Shown: positions 45,617-59,100 of the stretch, piece by piece
Layout: each line of letters opens with the position of its first letter
Numbering within the stretch: the stretch's first letter is position 1
Assembly: GCA_964016885.1 (NCBI GenBank)
Contig: OZ024742.1
Span: 319,672,001 to 319,736,000, forward strand
DNA from: Eledone cirrhosa
Lineage: Eukaryota
Direction: 5' to 3'
DNA: 64,000 bases
Position numbers and translations under genes: made by a program
Notes under the pieces: generated by a model
Database searches by the model: none
Told to the model about the DNA's origin: nothing
The model's input: only the letters and a program-made list of their open reading frames with translations

Positions 45617-46640
45617 GTGGTTGTTGTTATTACGGGTGCTGCTGTTATTGTTGCTGTTGTTGTGGTGGTTGTTGTTGTGGTGGTAGTGGTTGTTGTTGTT
45701 GTGGCGGTGGTGGTTGTTGTTGTGGTAGTGGTTGTTGTTGTTGTTGTGGCGGTGGTGGTGGTTGTTGTTGTGGTAGTGGTGGTGGTGGTTGTTGTGGTGG
45801 TAGTGGTGGTTGTTGTTGTGGTAGTGGTGGTGGTTGTTGTTGTTGTGGTAGTGCTGGTTGTTGTTGTGGTGGTAGTGGTGGTTGTTGTTGTGGTAGTGGT
45901 GGTGGTTGTTGTTGTTGTGGTAGTGCTGGTTGTTGTTGTGGTGGTAGTGGTGGTTGTTGTTGTGGTAGTGCTGGTTGTTGTTGTGGTAGTGGTGGTTTTT
46001 GTGGTGGTAGTGGTTGTTGTTGTGGTGGTAGTGGTTGTTGTTGTTGTTGTTGTGGTGGTGGCTGTTGTTGTTGTGGTAGTGCTGGTTGTTGTTGTGGTGG
46101 TAGTGGTGGTTGTTGTTGTGGTGGTAGTGGTTGTTGTTGTGGTGGTAGTGGTGGTTGTTGTTGTGGTGGTAGTGGTTGTTGTTGTGGTGGTAGTGGTGGT
46201 TGTTGTTGTGGTGGTAGTGGTTGTTGTTGTTGTGGTAGTGGTGGTTGTTGTTGTGGTGGTAGTGGTTGTTGTTGTGGTGGTAGTGGTGGTTGTTGTTGTT
46301 GTTGTGGTGGTGGCTGTTGTTGTTGTGGTAGTGCTGGTTGTTGTTGTGGTGGTAGTGGTTGTTGTTGTGGTGGTAGTGGTGGTTGTTGTTGTTGTTGTGG
46401 TGGTGGCTGTTGTTGTTGTGGTAGTGCTGGCTGTTGTTGTGGTGGTAGTGGTTATTGTTGTGGCGGTGGTGGTGATTGTTGTTGTTGTTGTGGTGGTGGC
46501 TGTTGTTGTTGTGGTAGTGCTGGCTGTTGTTGTGGTGGTAGTGGTTGTTGTTGTGGCGGTGGTGGTGGTTGTTGTTGTTGTTGTGGTGGTGGCTGTTGTG
46601 GTAGTGCTGGCTGTTGTGGTGGTAGTGATGGTTGTTGTTG
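45617..46640. repeat. (GTT/GTG/GTA)n trinucleotide array
   Basis: Direct inspection. Confidence 0.95.
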
Positions 46641-46831
46641 AAGCACACCAGTGATAGTTGTAGTGATGGAGGCTGTAGTAAGGGTAGAGCAGTGGTGGTG
46701 GTTTTGGTAAAGTTATACCTGTAGTAGTGGTACAGCAGAGGTGTAAGTAATGGTTTACCATTGGTAGTGTTATACCAGTGATTGTTGTAGTGCTATACCC
46801 GTGTCAATCTTTCTACGTCTCTAACCATCTA

Positions 46832-46912
<81 letters not shown>

Positions 46913-47020
46913 ATATATATATATATATTCGAAACCGATCGGTAAAGGTAACTATAGTAGGCAAAGTCAATTTTTTAATTAAAATTAATTTTGAAACTTT
47001 TTCGTTATTTGCTAAACCTT

Positions 47021-47074
<54 letters not shown>

Positions 47075-47075
<1 letters not shown>

Positions 47076-47990
47076 CTATATATATAAAACTGTGGTTGTC
47101 TGTCTGTCTATCGATTTTTGGCACACATCTCCTCTTAGAATCTCTCACGGAATTGCACCGAAATTGCTATACTTGTACATTGAGCCCTAGCGAAGACATC
47201 GGAAAAAAAAATTTCAAATTGACCCACCCTATGTGACGAAATCGAATATAATGTATCGATTTTTGAGCGTAAGTTATCAGTTATTTCCCTTTGTTCTGTT
47301 TACATTGAGCGTCTTACGTAAAAAATTACGCTGGCTTTCTCAGCGTTTAAAATGACATTAACACAATACACGAACAAAATTCATCAGTTCGAACACTAAG
47401 CTTCCGTTTTGCTTCATTTCCATTTAAAAGCATTTTAAAACAATATTTTTACTTGAAAACAAGTCTATTTAAAGACTACGTAAAACAAGCAAATATTTCG
47501 TCGTTAGGCGTGCAGACAGACAGTCGTGCAGACAGACAGTCGTGCAGAGAGGTGATATACGCGTGCAGACAGATAGTCGTGCAGAGAGGTGATATAGGCG
47601 TGCAGACAGACAGTCGTGCAGAGAGGTGATATAGGCGTGCAGACAGACAGTCGTGCAGAGAGGTGATATAGGCGTGCAGACAGACATAACTGATAATTTG
47701 GTTACGCTAATGTTTTTCTCTGCGTTGCAGTGTTTACATTTTCGATCTTTGTTAATAAATAACCAGTGCAGTTTCTATCCCCAGCATCCTCTTTTGTTAT
47801 AACATTCGGGTTATCGTTATGTTTTCTTAACTTCATAAGGCATATTGTTGGTTGAGGGAATATTAATCAAAAACACCACATGCAAGTCTGCACAGTAGAC
47901 ACTACAGTTTTTAAGCCAAGAAAGAAACTTAACATTGTAACTTTAACACAGCTACTGAGCGACCCCGAGCAACGCCGGGCTTTACTGCTA

Positions 47991-47991
<1 letters not shown>
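47075..47991 (+). mobile_element. Non-autonomous Helitron with internal tandem repeat of about 37 bp (47507-47685)
   Basis: A|TCTATATATATAAAAC start; hairpin CCCGAGCAACGCCGGG 47964-47979; CTAG|T end; no TSD. Confidence 0.85.
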
Positions 47992-48054
<63 letters not shown>

Positions 48055-48071
48055 ATATCTATATATATATC

Positions 48072-48160
<89 letters not shown>

Positions 48161-48162
<2 letters not shown>

Positions 48163-48463
48163 CGCGTGGTTGAGAGGTTAGAGAATTGGATTCGCAATCG
48201 TAAGGTTGTGAGTTCGATTCACAGACTGGACAATGCGTTATGTCCTTGAGCAAGACACTTTAGTTCAAGTTGTTCCTTCTACCTGGAGTTGTGACCGATA
48301 GATAGTATTAGCAATTGGAAAGACCAACGGAAACATTGTTCCCTCGGTCCGATTTGACGAAAGTTGATCGACAAATTTGCCTTTCATCCTTACGGGGTCG
48401 ATAAAATGAAGTATCAGTAATGCACCGGGTAATTGCTGGCCTTGTGCCAAAAGTAGAAACAAT
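48161..48463 (+). mobile_element. Composite SINE: tRNA SINE (48161-48372) joined to Meta-core SINE 3' half (48373-48463)
   Basis: First part matches 25105-25285; second part matches 59735-59821. Confidence 0.85.
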
Positions 48464-49069
48464 TATTCTTATTCTTATATATACATAGAGAGAGAGATGG
48501 GTGGAGGGTTAGAGACGTAGAAAGACTGACACTGGTATAGCACTACCATAACCACTGGTATATATATATATATATAGCTATATATATATAGCCTCACTGT
48601 CTGTCTTTCGCCCCCGCCTCACTGTCTGTCTTTCTCTTCAGGACGTCAAGGTCAAAATATCGTCTTCACTCTCTTGTTTTAATACCAAGTCTCAATCATA
48701 ATTACAGTGCTATTTGTAGATCTACATACAATGGTATTTGCAGTGGTTTGCAGTGGTATTTGCAGTAGTGATTGTAGTGGTATTTTAGTGCTGTTTGCAG
48801 TGATAATAACTGCCGTAATTACAGTGATTATTGCAATAGTTATTGTAGTAACATTTTCAGTAATGGTTGCAGTACTATTTGTAGCGGTACTTGCAGTAGA
48901 GATTACATTGACATTTGTGGTGCTATTTGCACTACTATTTGTAATGATATTTGCAGTGGTGAGTTCGGTGGTTTTTGTAGTGTTATTTGCAGTGCTATTT
49001 ATAGTGGTACTTGCATTGGCTTTTGTAGTGGTGCTTGTCGTGCTAATAGTTGCCAAAATTGCAATGGCG

Positions 49070-49435
49070 ATTACAGTGGTGCTTGCAGGGTTATTTGTGA
49101 TGCTATTTATTGCCATATCTGCTGTGGTGCTTGCAGGGGTATTTGTGTTGCTATTTATTGCCATATCTGCTGTGGTGCTTGCAGGGGTTTTTGTGTTGCT
49201 ATTTATTGCCATATCTGCTGTGGTGTTTGCAGGGTTATTTTTGTTGCTATTTATTGCCATATCTGCTGTGGTGCTTGCAGGGGTATTTGTGTTGCTATTT
49301 ATTGTCATATCTGCTGTGGTGCTTGCAGGGGTATTTGTGTTGCTATTTATTGCCATATCTGCTGTGGTGTTTGCAGGGTTATTTGTGTTGCTATTTATTG
49401 CCATATCTGCTGTGGTGCTTGCAGGGGTATTTGCA
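49070..49435. repeat. 48 bp minisatellite, about 7.5 units, with degenerate extension to about 48730
   Basis: GCTATTTATTGCCATATCTGCTGTGGTGCTTGCAGGGGTATTTGTGTT. Confidence 0.92.
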
Positions 49436-49899
49436 GTGATGCAGCCGAAATAATTTATCTTCCAGTTTTTATTACAAAATTTCATTCACACATGACTTAA
49501 TTTCTTTGTTTTCGTCTAACTCTCTCCTTGTATATAATCTTAAACAGAGCTGAAGCCTGGGTATTTAACGCCCTAGACCAGCTCAAAAATATGCGACCCA
49601 TTCTCCCATATTATATAATTCCAACTTACAGTTTGCAAAGATAACGAACTTGGTGTTTGACACTTTTTCCTCTGACTACACGAAGAAACTTAATAAGCCT
49701 GCATTTTCTATTACACACTCCACATTTTTCTTCACTTTGGATATTTCTACAACGCTGCTACGCGGCAACGATTTATTTATTGATCGCAGGAAATTATATA
49801 TTTAATATTTATTTATTTTTTAATAAAACTGTGATACTTTAAGGTTCAGTAATACATTTTCTAACTAATTGGCTGCCTAGTTAGCCTTAATAGGAGCAC

Positions 49900-50700
49900 A
49901 GGTCCAGCATGTAGCACAATTTTACCAACTAAAAAACAAATCACTGTGGAAATGCATTACTTTCATCTCACTTCACTCAGTAAAAAAACACAAACAGTTC
50001 ATTCTTCAAAGGGAATATTATTTCAAGTAGTCTTCCGCATGGCAACCATCGAACGGAGAATCATGTAATCTGTAGACATATCGTAACATAGCTTTGAACA
50101 CAGTAGGCGCATAGCATTGCCAATTTTCTCCACATCTTGCAAACATTCTCACAATTCAGTTTTCTGGTCATTCTAGCGAGGGTTCATTTTGTTTAGGCAA
50201 CTGTGTAAAAAGATGCAATTCTTGGATGTTTAATCAATGTGAACAGTCTGCTAGCACCATTATAACAGCAACCCCGACTGTAGTCACAGCCACACACCTG
50301 CTCCTTTATAAATTTTCATTTTCCATAAATAAATTCATCTGTAGTATTCTCTCCGACTAGCAAGCAAAAGAGATAATGCTCAACAATTTCCCCCAAGCTT
50401 TAATCCAGAAAACAACAATGCACGATGTTTTTTGCATCTTTTTTAATGTCTGTGTTTTCATCAAATTGCAGTGTAAAAAAAAAGGTGCTCCCAACAGTTT
50501 CGCTATTGAATGATGCTTCAGATCTTCAGATATTATAGTAGATCGAAGTTTAATTGGCATTAGACCAAGGAATTTGCACTGTTTTTTTAACGGCTTACTT
50601 TTTACCATATAGTTGTAGTAAATTGACAATGATTTTTCAAATATGGTTTCAGTGACAAATTTCTCAGCTTTTGTGTGTTGCTTTATTTTCTTTCAAGAAA
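49900..50700 (-). mobile_element. Degenerate hAT (Buster/Charlie-like) transposase
   Basis: Reverse strand LQFDENTD, CVAVTT.G and VRWLPCG motifs across frameshifts. Confidence 0.6.
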
Positions 50701-50829
50701 CTGTGTTTTCTATTTGAAGAAGTGATAGTGTCTTTCTGTAGCATCCAATGGAAAGAAATGTTACTGTTTCACCAAATATTAAAGAATAGTTTTGAAAAAC
50801 TGCATGGACTTGTTTTGATAATTGCTTTT

Positions 50830-52180
50830 CTTTGTGAATATTTGGTCGGCTGTGCTGCGTCTGGGGCGAAAACCACACTGTTCGTCAGTTAGCTTGAACA
50901 CGACAATATCTCGACATCTCTTTCCCAGACACATAGCATAGACTTTACCGGGGCGGCTTAACAAAGAGGTCCTTCTATAATTATAGCAATCTCACTTATT
51001 CCCTTTTTGAAAATTGGGATTATCACTCTCGATTACCATTGTTTATAGGCCTTTCCAGAGATCCAGCCCGTACGGCACACGCGAGTAAGCTAGAAATATA
51101 TCTTCTATATCGTGGGTTGAGTTTCATCCTTCCCGTGTCCTTGCCATATTTGAGCTCTTTAATTACTCTGGTGACTTCAGCCACCGAGAGGTTAGTCATC
51201 GCTCCCAGATGCACATCGTGTACATCAGAAGATGTTGTGATTGGGTTTAGAAGATCAGCAACGTATTCTCTCCACCTCGTGAGTATGCACCTCTCTGAAG
51301 AGAGGGATCCCTAAACGCGTTCTTATTACGGAGTTGGCAGATGGTCTACCAGAACACTCTATTTGTTGATCTGAACTCCAATTCCGACTTAACTTCCAAA
51401 TTCTTCCATGTCTTATCTTTGGACGCCTTTACTGTCTCTGTTGTGGTCTCTGCTGTGTCTTTTTCACGCCTACTTGTACCGCAAGTGCAAGAAAGAAGAC
51501 TTATTTCCAAGCCAAGCTTTGTAACCCTCCTTCTTTGCTTGGATGACATTTTTGATTGACCACTTGATTGGACCAAGGATCCTTCTTCTACACGGCGCCA
51601 CACGAAACCGCGTTTGCCCGCAGCATTTAACAGCTGAAGCAGAAATGGCTGAGCTGAACAGGCTCCACTCCGTTTCAACGTCCTCAGCGACTTCATGAAG
51701 GAAGTATCTGTGTTCAAGCTATCTGTTTGGTGCATAAACTTGTACCACCCACAGAGACCTTTCTTTCAGCCAAAGCTTCAAGAGGCAAATCCTCCCTCCC
51801 AAAGGAATCCAGTTCATAACACATTCTGAAAGTCAGGGACATTTGAGTATCCCCACTCTCGCCTGTGCAGTCATTTATGGTGATATTGAATTTTCCAGCC
51901 TCCATCTAAATCTACCAGAGTCACGGAGCTTTGTGGAGGAAACCCTGACTATATCTAGCCGGTAGTATCTGGTCTCCTTTACTTGTTTCTGCTCCTTACC
52001 TGTAAGGGATGTAACGTTCCAGTTAACAATTGTCAAGATTTGCTTTGTTCCTGACCCTCTTTGGTTAACGGGGTACGTAAGATTTGTACGTCCATCCTAG
52101 GTCTCCCAGAACAGTTCACAGGCACTCTGCCAGTTCTTGAAATATATATTTTCGTGTAGGCCCCTCTACGTAAAGCCTGA
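50830..52180 (-). mobile_element. RTE/Expander-like LINE 5' part (APE start to RT N-terminus)
   Basis: IVNWNVTSLTGKE...LDIV..SST; EVTRVIKELKYGK; DEQCGFRPRRSTADQIFT. Confidence 0.85.
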
Positions 52181-52189
52181 ACCCACCCC

Positions 52190-52955
52190 TTGATATCATG
52201 CGCGAAGGACGGTACGGTATAACTGCCCTGATGTCTCTATAAGAATGCCTTAGTATTTGTGTTCGGATAAATGGTGTTTAGTCGAAACCATTCAATGGGT
52301 GTCGGACTCCGCCAAGGGTGCGCACTGAAACATCTCCTGTTCATAATATTCCTGAACAGGATTGACATGTGCAGCTGTATTGGAAGTGGTATTAAGACTA
52401 AAGGGTGGAGGATCAGTCAGTTGGAATTTGCGGACGACATAGTACTACTTAACTCGTCAGAAGGTGCTCTCCGACATGCATTTGATATATTCGCTGCCGT
52501 GTGCCACACGACAAGAATGAAAAACAGTCCTCTGAAGGAAGCTTGCGCACTGCACTCTACATGTGAGTGGAGTTCTACTGAAGCAGGTGGAGAAGTATCT
52601 CGGGGCTGCGTTCACGAGTGGTGGGAAGCAAGAGTCTGAATTAAGAGCAAAAACTGCAGGAGCTAGTGCAGTAATGCGCTAGCTTCAGCATTCGGTTAGA
52701 AGAACGGAGGTAAGTGTAAAAGCCATACTCGCTATCTTCGGTATTCATGCCAACCCTTATCTACTGTTATAAATCTTGGAATACGATCGCGAATAGAAGT
52801 GGCCGAAATAGGGTTCCTCCGAAGGGTCTTTGAAGTAACGTTACTCGATAGAGTTTGTTGTTCGGAAATCAGAGAGTCGTTCCAGATAGAGTAGCTCCGA
52901 ATTGAGAGTTTACAGCTCAGGTACTACAGACACGTGGTTAGAATATCCCAGGAAA
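52190..52955 (+). mobile_element. RTE LINE 3' part (RT core and C-terminus)
   Basis: VRING...VGLRQGCAL..LLFIIF...EFADDIVLL...QLRYYRHVVR. Confidence 0.85.
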
Positions 52956-53514
52956 GTTGGCTTTGGAGAGGTCATTTGTTATTGTATTTTACACTGCAAA
53001 AAAAAAAAAAAGATAAATAGCCACTGAGCTGTGAAAGTGTGTAGGATTTATTAGTACATCTTGTTCCACTTTCTTTTCATGATTTCGTTTTTGAAATGAA
53101 AGAATGACCTGGATTAACGATTAAGTAAAATAAATACATACATTAAGCTTCAAGCAAATAGGGGCCACAAAATAATCAAGACATGTTTTAATTTTGGGTG
53201 AGACCTTCTGGTGTAATAATTTGAACGAGGGTCTTCCAAGCTTTATAAAGCTTAAGACATCACCAAAATTTAATCCGAAATTGGGAAAGGGTACTTTGGT
53301 TGTATTTCCTTTTGAGATAACACGGCCATCAATAGTAACATACGTAATTGCATTTTTAAGCTCATTGACTTCAGCTCCATTGTCACTTTTAACAAATGAT
53401 TTGTTTCCTGAATCTGTCTCTGCTTCAGTCCTGTTTTTTCACTTTCTTTCAGAAATGAACTACTTCCTTCTGCACATTCTTTCGTTAGAGTTGTCCTCTT
53501 TAGTTACTTCAACA

Positions 53515-53632
<118 letters not shown>

Positions 53633-53837
53633 GTTTTGAGGTTCCAGTTTATACAACTACTATCTGTTAACTGCTTGCTTTTGCTGATGGATGCAGGTGT
53701 ATGTACAAATAATGGAGGTTTAGGCAACGTATCGAAAAGTATAGGCATCTGAAGGTGCTGTATTTTCATATAGCTGTATTTCCAGTTTTGGTCTGACTAC
53801 GCCGTATACCAATTCGTAGAGCTGTGTCCAGAGGATG

Positions 53838-55845
53838 ATGGAATTATTACAGTGGTGGTGAAATTACTTAAAAAAACAAACATTTCATTTATTCACCTTT
53901 TTACACGTATTTCGTTGTGTAACTGTCCCAGCATCATAATGGAGCGGAACTATAGAAGTTTAAGCTGTTCAATTTCAGTGTACTGGACAGACATTCGTAA
54001 ATATGGCGCATCTCTTCTGAAAGAAAATGAAAGTTCCGTTCGGTCACTGGATATGTTGTACGTTTAGGCATTGGTGAACTTGTGGGCGGATATTATGGTG
54101 CAGAGAATTAGAGGGATCAAATGGACCAATCAACGTGCTAAATTTAGTAGATTTTATGGTAGGGGAGTTACCGATAGTATTCAGACAAATCAACATTTGA
54201 CATCTGCTTCGGGTTTGTTACTTTAGAAGCGGGTGGAGGAGGCGCACGGGTTATTCTCTAATTGTATTAAGTTTAGTTATTTATTTATTTATTGATTAAT
54301 ATCCTGGAAACTTCGGATACTACTTTATCTATATCGTGTCTCATTATTTCGTCTGTATTTGGAATTTTATTACTTGTTGCTTTGTACGTTTCAGGATAGA
54401 TTATTAGGAGCTTATTTGGTTGTGAATTCAGGTTAGGGGGATCAAGACAACAGAAAGTTACTTATTTTATATAGGTAATGAGTTTAAGTTCTAGCATAAT
54501 AGAGATAATTATCCGAACGGTGTTACAGAGAGTATAAAGGTTAATGTTCCAGGTAAGATATTTATTTTAGAATAGTTACTTATGAGTATAAATTTGTCAC
54601 TGTTTTTGGTGTGGTGCTGGGTTGCCTCCATGTGGAAGCCAGTGAGTTATAACGATGTTGGTGTTGATTACAAATGTGTTCATTATTTTATTTTATTCCA
54701 TTTTCAAGCTTTTATTAGTTATTTTAGTCGTAAATGTCCGGCTAGCTGAAGTTGGCTGTTTTTAGATTTGTGGTTAAAGTAAGTTTGTTGTGTTGATCGT
54801 CGTTTAATTATGATTATCAAATATTTGTGTTGTGAGTTATTAGATAGTTTCAATATATAGACTTAAGGTTGTTCGAAGTCGTATTTTTATGTTATTTCAC
54901 TAACTAAATTATTGTTTTGTTTTATCTAGATTGATTTTAATAATTTTGTTGGGGTTTAGTAATTCCTGTTCAGGCTGCTGAAGTGTTAAGTGTTTTGTTG
55001 GGGCAATTAAATGTCCAGTCTTACCTAAAGTTTAGTATGATCGCCAGTACTTTCACAAGGAAAAGGTCGCATCCCTGCCTCCACCCTTATAGGGTTTTGC
55101 AAATATTATTATAGACCATGATATTTGATATTCCGTGTTGTTCCTTGTCAAATCCCATTATTTTCTCGCTAAGGCAGTTGTTTTGTACAGGTTTTGCGTT
55201 TTGCGTATGGACTTAGAGGCCTTTTGAATTGGTCGTTGTCGCATTGATGTAGTTATGTGTGCCGCTAATGGATGTTATCTTACTTTCATCTACAATTTTG
55301 TTGTATAGGCACATACTCCCCAGAGGGAAGCTCTCGGGTTGCCTACACTTACAGCCTCTTATGTCATGTTTGCTACAAGGTGGTGTTCTAGTATTAGGTG
55401 GGATCGGGGATATTGGTGTTGAGGTAGTTGCTATTGCCTGTGTTTCCCTATGTCCTATGATTTCCCTGTCAAATGTTGATTTGTTCGAACACTATCAGTA
55501 ACTCTCCTGCTACAAATTTTCTAAATCTAGCACGTTGATTGGTCAATTCGATTCATTTATTTCCCTCTAGCACAATACCCGCCCACAAATTCATCAATGC
55601 CGAAATATACAAATATACATTGACTCAACGAAACCTTCATATTTCTTTCTGAAAAGCTGCATTATACATGCAAATTTCTGTCCAGTGCACTGAAATCGAA
55701 CAGCTTAAACTTATAGTCCCGTCCCAGTAAAATGGTGGGACAGCTACGCAACTGGTGCAACGAAAGATGTGTAAAAAGGTGAATAAATAAAATGTTTTTA
55801 AAAAGTAATGCCATCACCTCTGTAATAATTCCACCATCTTCTCTC
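53838..55845 (-). mobile_element. Penelope-like element family B: truncated GIY-YIG and 3' end on - (55475 to 53838), with inverted terminal copy on + (55475-55845)
   Basis: GCKCRQPESFPLGSMCLYNKIV...TTALARK.WDL...YQISWSII..AKPYKGG; 53840-54200 is a diverged reverse complement of 55475-55845. Confidence 0.75.
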
Positions 55846-55855
55846 TCGCTCTCTG

Positions 55856-55923
<68 letters not shown>

Positions 55924-56069
55924 ATACTTTGGGAGGGTCATGTTGCCAATAAGAAACACACGCACCAGTTGCTTTCACTTCAATTTATTATAATAAATTT
56001 ATAAATTTAGGAATTTACAAATTTCTGGTTGGTTGGTTGGTTCCACAACCAGATAGTTGTTTATATATT

Positions 56070-56112
56070 GTCAAAGTTCTTTCGTCACACATTCTGTGAC
56101 CTCTTCAGTGAC
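56070..56112 (-). ncRNA. Minimal type I hammerhead ribozyme (inverted twin)
   Basis: Reverse complement of 60962-61004. Confidence 0.75.
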
Positions 56113-59100
56113 TGGGGATTCTTTTCTTTGTTTTTGTGCCTCTCCTTTGTTCTGTCCTACGCCATTTTGTTTCTGTGTGTGTGTTGTGTGCTCAGTCTGC
56201 GCATACGCCACATCCAGGTGTCTGTGTGTGTTTATATTTGTTTATTTATTTGTTTATTTACATGTTACCGGTTGGTTGTTTGTTCTATGTGTGTGTGTGT
56301 TTTCATTTTGTCCTTAATTGTAAATTGTGATGTTGCTGTTCCACTCATATTTTCTATTTAATTTTGGTTGTAATTCTTTTATGTTTATTGCCTCTGTGAT
56401 TTGTCTAAACATTGCGTCTTTTCTGTGTGTAGATTCTATTTTTATTTCTATGTTCTCTAATTTACCCTTGTGTTCTATCTTACCATGTTGGTAGAGTACA
56501 GATGATTCTTTACTATCTTGAAGGTCTCGCCAGTGTTCATTTATCCGTTCCCCTATACTACGAGCTGTCTCACCTATGTACACTATATTTTTGTCTCTAC
56601 ATTGTCCTTCAGTACATCTTATGCTATACTCTACATTTCTAGTTTTACAGTTAATATGGGGGCTTATTTTACAGGTTATACATTTCTTATCTATACAGGG
56701 GGGGGGGTCTTTGGAAAGGGTATGTCTTGCTAATAAGTGTTTTTACGGAGGTACCTGGTCTTTCTACTATCTTAATATTGAGTTTATGTATATCTAGGGC
56801 CCTTCTAAATTTGTAAGCTAATTCACCTCTAGGGGTTGTATCGATGAACATTACACTCTGGTATTTATTGCTATCATACCATGAGTTTATTCTATTAGCC
56901 TTATTCCTAGTTCTTTCTATTCTATTCCAAAATTTGCTCCTATACAAGGGGCAGGTCCCATTTGTGTCATTATTTACCATTTTTTCCCATTTGGTTCTGG
57001 CTCCTCTATACACTCTGATTTTATCTCTGATTGTAACCAGAGAACTGCATACGGTGGATGAAGTGTTGTATGTGTCTCTCTAGTTCTTCGGGGTTGCACA
57101 TGCGGGACACGTTTCTCATCACCCGTACCAAATCCGCAATCAGTATGTTGATTTTGGTATGGTCCGAAACAGCCGAGTTTCGGTGGATCAGATGTTTGGA
57201 AGTCATGGGTTTGGCATAATGGGAATGGAGGATTTGTTTTTTGTTATTAATGGTATCTAACCAGAGCTCTGTGTCTAGTACAGGTAATCGATGGTTGGGG
57301 TGTTTACTTGGGTAGTCTATAGTAACTCTAATACTCTGGTGGTATAAAATTGACGGTATAAATATACAAAATTGACGGTATAAATATGGCCGACACCTCA
57401 TTAACAGATGAGTTCAACAACAACAACAACAACACAAATATATACGGCAACACGGCAATAGATGACGATGAGTTTTCTGTATTACTTCTACCACCGAAAT
57501 TTGCGACATTCAAGAAGGTAAATATGATTAGTTGTCTGTCAGAAATAGAAAAATCATTTACAAAATTACGTTGGAGTCTCAAAAATAAAAACAAAAACAA
57601 AAACAAAAACAAAAGTAACAATATACGCACACACATATACAACACACATCCCAACAACAACAGACACACAGACACAAACAAAAATAACAACAACACACAC
57701 ACCAACAATAATAACATACCCAGAAACAACAACAACAGACACGCAGACACAAACAACAATAACAACACACACAACAATAATAACACACACGGAGACAACA
57801 ACAACAACACACATCAACAACAGCACACATCAACAACAACAACAACACACACATTCAATGCCTCTCACCACCACCACAATCTTAACAAACACACAGACAC
57901 AGAAAACAAGTAATGACAGTAGCACAGAAATCACAGAAATAAGGGAAAGTAATAGGATTAAAAGGAGAAGGGAGACTATGGACAAAGAAAATAACCAAGA
58001 CGAACACACAGACACACAAAATAGAGTAGATAATAACAATGAGCCAGTGGAAAGAGACAGGAGTAATTATGAGAGACATAGAAACAACCATGAGGCTGTT
58101 GGTGGAAATAGAAATAGAAATAGAAACAACACAACTAACAATAACAATAGCACTAGTACACATAAAGCAGCAGCCTGTCACTCTACTTTTTATAATCCCT
58201 CCGATAAGTCGTTCGACCTGCGACGAGTCCACGCCACGACTTTACCATTTAACAAACGTACGCAATTGCCGTCGCAGGTCGATGAACAAACAGAAGCACA
58301 ATTTAGTATAGCTAAATCCGAACTTAGAAATATTATAGAACAGTATAGCAAGAAGCATAATAGAATGGAGGCCCAGCAACTGGGAGAAAAATCTGTAAAT
58401 GGCTTGCGTAAGCTGATGCAGCTCTCACGTAATGGAGAGATAGCATGCTTTCCAACAGACAAGTCTGGCAGAATGTCGGTTGACAGCCTGCCAAACTACA
58501 TCCACGCAATGCAACCCCACACCACTAACACAAAAGAGGTAACACCACAGGAGCATGAGGATAGAGAAAAAGCCCTCAATGCTCATATGGTGATGTGGAC
58601 GAATATAATGCAGCCCAACAAAAGGACTGCCAACAACTTCCAGGCCTGGAACAATGACGTGCCGGCGTTGTATGGGCTTCGAAAAGACCATAAAACGGGC
58701 AGTGACCCTGTCACGGGACCACCAACACGGCCAGTCTGTGGGGCTAACATTGCTAGTAACTACAGACTGTCCTACTTCCTCTCCCTGATCATACGCCCCA
58801 TCATTGAAATGTCCCCAGATGTATGTGACAGCACGGAGGACCTCCTCAGCAGAATCGGCGAGAGTAACCGATCTAGGGACTTAACAAACTGCATAATAGG
58901 TAGTATGAATGTTGTGTCCCTATATCCATCTATTGACGTGGATTTTGCTGTGGAGAAATGCGTAGAAATGATCAGTGAGAGCAATGTTGAGTTCCGTGGG
59001 ATTGATACCAGTGAGCTGGGACTCCTACTTAAACTTACCTATAGTAATAATTACCTAGACACATATGACCTTAGCAACCTGTGCCCTACAAGACCAGCAA

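Noticed and set aside
47507-47685. CRISPR-like 37 bp repeats
   Set aside because: Head-to-tail units without unique spacers, inside a Helitron in eukaryotic DNA; no cas genes.
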